Shown: in pieces, positions 52,895 through 54,835 of the stretch
How positions within the stretch are numbered: the first letter of the stretch is position 1
How the letters are laid out: the number at the start of each line of letters is the position of its first letter
Origin: a virus
Taxonomy: Duplodnaviria; Caudoviricetes
IMG/VR virus record: IMGVR_UViG_3300042503_000400
Location: 1 to 54,835 of that record
DNA: 54,835 bases
Strand: one strand, 5' to 3'
Notes under the pieces: model-generated
Seen by the model: the letters and a program-made list of their open reading frames with translations, nothing else
Databases searched by the model: none
Told to the model about the DNA's origin: nothing
Position numbers and translations under genes: made by a program

Positions 52895-53668
52895 ATGTTC
52901 GGCTCTAACATCGCCCTGCCCCGTGGCGGCATCACTTCCTATCAGCAAGCTCTGGTTAAGCATGATAGCATCGCTCCCATCAGGGGGCGGTCCACTGACG
53001 TCAGACCTCTTGGTAACCGGAGGAATGACAACCTCACCATCCGCAAACTTGACAACGGCTCCATTGCCGTCCGGCTCTACCAGACTGACATCGTCACTTA
53101 CCATGACGATGGCACCATCGACCTTGAGCCTTACTCGTCCAAGCTGACAGACGAGGCTGTCAGACAGGTGTTTCGCGGTGCTGTCACGGCCAGTTACACC
53201 AACCCTGTTGGGCCTGTCCTGTGGACAAACCACAACGGCACTCGTCGGGGCTATCTGGTCGATGGCTGTGCCTCACTGGACAAAGACCTCAACGTCATCG
53301 CTGGGACCAAGCCCTTCACCCGTTACAGTGTCAGCCGCAAGAAGGCCAACGCTGCCTGCGCCAAGGGCTTCAACCAGTTCAAGCTGTGGGTCGAGACCCA
53401 AGTCAGACTGGGCATTGACCCTAGACAAGGTGAGCGTTGGGGCACAGTCCACCTGTCTAACATGGCCTTGGCCTGTCTCGATGAGCCGGATCGCTACGCT
53501 GACATTGCCCGTGGCATGTCCACTTATGTCACTGTTGACTCTCACCTCGACGCCATCCGGCGCCAAGTGCTGAAATACCACGACTGCGTCGAGGAGACCG
53601 AGGTGCCTTACATCACAGGGTGGGACCAGCTCACTTCCATCCAGTCCAGCAAGAAGCGGTGGGGGTGA
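52895..53668 (+). CDS. Hypothetical early protein
   Basis: 257 aa, AGGAAGG RBS. Confidence 0.75.
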   Translation: MFGSNIALPRGGITSYQQALVKHDSIAPIRGRSTDVRPLGNRRNDNLTIRKLDNGSIAVRLYQTDIVTYHDDGTIDLEPYSSKLTDEAVRQVFRGAVTASYTNPVGPVLWTNHNGTRRGYLVDGCASLDKDLNVIAGTKPFTRYSVSRKKANAACAKGFNQFKLWVETQVRLGIDPRQGERWGTVHLSNMALACLDEPDRYADIARGMSTYVTVDSHLDAIRRQVLKYHDCVEETEVPYITGWDQLTSIQSSKKRWG

Positions 53669-53699
53669 AATTACCTATGAGTCGAAACTGGAGAACAAC

Positions 53700-53918
53700 A
53701 TGAACAGATACGTCACCTTTACAACCTACACCGACGAGGACCCACAGGTCCTGACAGAGTCCGAGTTCTTCGACACACCAAAAAACGACACCGACTGGTG
53801 TGAGTGGGTCTGGCAGTATGCCCCCGACAGAGCGACGGCTCTTTCCCAGCACCAGACCAAGATGGACGAATATCAGGCCGACGTCGAAGCTGGTCGGACA
53901 GAGAAGCGAACATACTAA
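53700..53918 (+). CDS. Hypothetical acidic protein
   Basis: GGAG RBS; 72 aa. Confidence 0.65.
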   Translation: MNRYVTFTTYTDEDPQVLTESEFFDTPKNDTDWCEWVWQYAPDRATALSQHQTKMDEYQADVEAGRTEKRTY

Positions 53919-53981
53919 TGTCGAAACACCCTTCGGGGTGTCTGTGGCAGGTGGCTCCTGCTGCACTGATGAGACAAGCCA
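53919..53981 (+). ncRNA. Type II hammerhead ribozyme with loop I-3' tail pseudoknot
   Basis: TGTC-GAAA-CACCC(TTCG)GGGTG-TC^-TGTGGCAGG(TGGCT)CCTGCTGCA-CTGATGA-GACA-AGCCA: complete core, three stems and a GUC cleavage triplet. Confidence 0.92.
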
Positions 53982-54004
53982 AACAACCTCTTATGGAGAA
54001 CACA

Positions 54005-54835
54005 ATGCGTCCATCCCTTCTGTCTGACACACTTAAAGACCTCATCTCGATCAACCGCACCGTGGCTATCGAGGGGGCACCGGGTGGTGGCAAGACCACC
54101 CTCGTTCAGTCTGTGACTGAGGCTCTCGGTCTGCACTATGTCGAGCGTCACCTGCCGACCATGCTGGTCGAGGACTTCGGCATCCCTGTCATTGGGGGCG
54201 AGACCCTACGTTACATGATCCCCGACTGGTTCCCTGCCAAGGGCTCTCGTTATGACGATGGCCGTGGTGGGGTGCTCTGCTTTGATGATCGGAACCAAGC
54301 TCCGGCCGACATCCAGAAAGTGCTGGCTAACATCTGCCAAGCACGCAACCTCCACGGCACACCCCTTGCCAAGGGCTGGACTGTCGTCTCCACTGGTAAC
54401 CGTCAGTCTGACCGGGCTGGGGCCAACCGGGTGCTGTCTCACCTTCGCAATCGTGAGACTGTCCTAGAGTTCGACACCAACCTCGATGACTGGTCGTCGT
54501 GGGCACTGACACATGGGGTCAAGTCTGAGGTGGTGGCCTTCATCCGCTTCCGTCCCGGTCTGCTCCATGACTTCGATGCCAACAAGGACCAGAACCCTAC
54601 CCCACGCAGCTGGACCGAGGGTGTCAGTGATGTGCTTGGTGTCGTCCCTCCTGAGGCTGAGTTCGACTGCTTCAAGGGCGCCGTTGGTGAGGGGGCTGCG
54701 GCTGAGTTCGTGGGGTTCCTCAAGATTTACCGCAAGCTGCCTAACCCTGATGCTATCTTGCTCAACCCTGACAGTGCCGATGTGCCGTCCGATCCGGCCA
54801 CTCTCTACGCTCTGTCTGGTGCTATCTCCAGCCGC
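54005..54835 (+). CDS. MoxR-like AAA+ ATPase (runs off the window end; not in ORF track)
   Basis: GAPGGGKT Walker A, LCFDD Walker B, TGNR…D sensor I, LRNR arginine finger and PTPRSW sensor II; GGAG RBS. Confidence 0.88.
   Translation, partial: MRPSLLSDTLKDLISINRTVAIEGAPGGGKTTLVQSVTEALGLHYVERHLPTMLVEDFGIPVIGGETLRYMIPDWFPAKGSRYDDGRGGVLCFDDRNQAPADIQKVLANICQARNLHGTPLAKGWTVVSTGNRQSDRAGANRVLSHLRNRETVLEFDTNLDDWSSWALTHGVKSEVVAFIRFRPGLLHDFDANKDQNPTPRSWTEGVSDVLGVVPPEAEFDCFKGAVGEGAAAEFVGFLKIYRKLPNPDAILLNPDSADVPSDPATLYALSGAISSR

Overview
The window holds most of the genome of a GC-rich tailed dsDNA phage with podovirus-like architecture: no tape-measure or sheath gene, a nozzle-like tail protein and very large putative internal virion proteins. 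An alphaproteobacterial host is a guess. The + strand from 1 to 14.1 kb carries small early genes and then a replication module: Nmad5-like, DUF5664-like dNTP diphosphohydrolase, family A DNA polymerase, PD-(D/E)XK and VRR-NUC nucleases, SNF2 helicase, SSB-like protein, XRE HTH and an AEP primase-DUF927 helicase. The - strand from 14.1 to 50.6 kb carries terS/terL, portal, scaffold, capsid, adaptors, a mosaic tail-fibre block, an exported-protein/lysis block with a GH19 endolysin, the nozzle and internal proteins up to 2588 aa. From 50.6 to 52.4 kb is a divergent control region, followed by more early genes that end in a truncated MoxR-like AAA ATPase. The main non-coding signals are: (1) a complete type II hammerhead ribozyme with pseudoknot at 53919-53981; (2) an rrn-like boxB-boxA antitermination signal after the early promoter; (3) an AT-rich array of TTTACAC/TAGATA motifs with IHF consensus sites; (4) an unexplained structured element closed by a perfect 13-bp stem at 3526-3616; (5) a recurring pattern in which single accessory genes are bracketed by direct repeats of the RBS/stop/start junction, suggesting cassette-like gene gain and loss. 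No integrase, RNA polymerase, reverse transcriptase, tRNA or CRISPR array was recognised. All family assignments come from motif recognition by eye, not from database searches.
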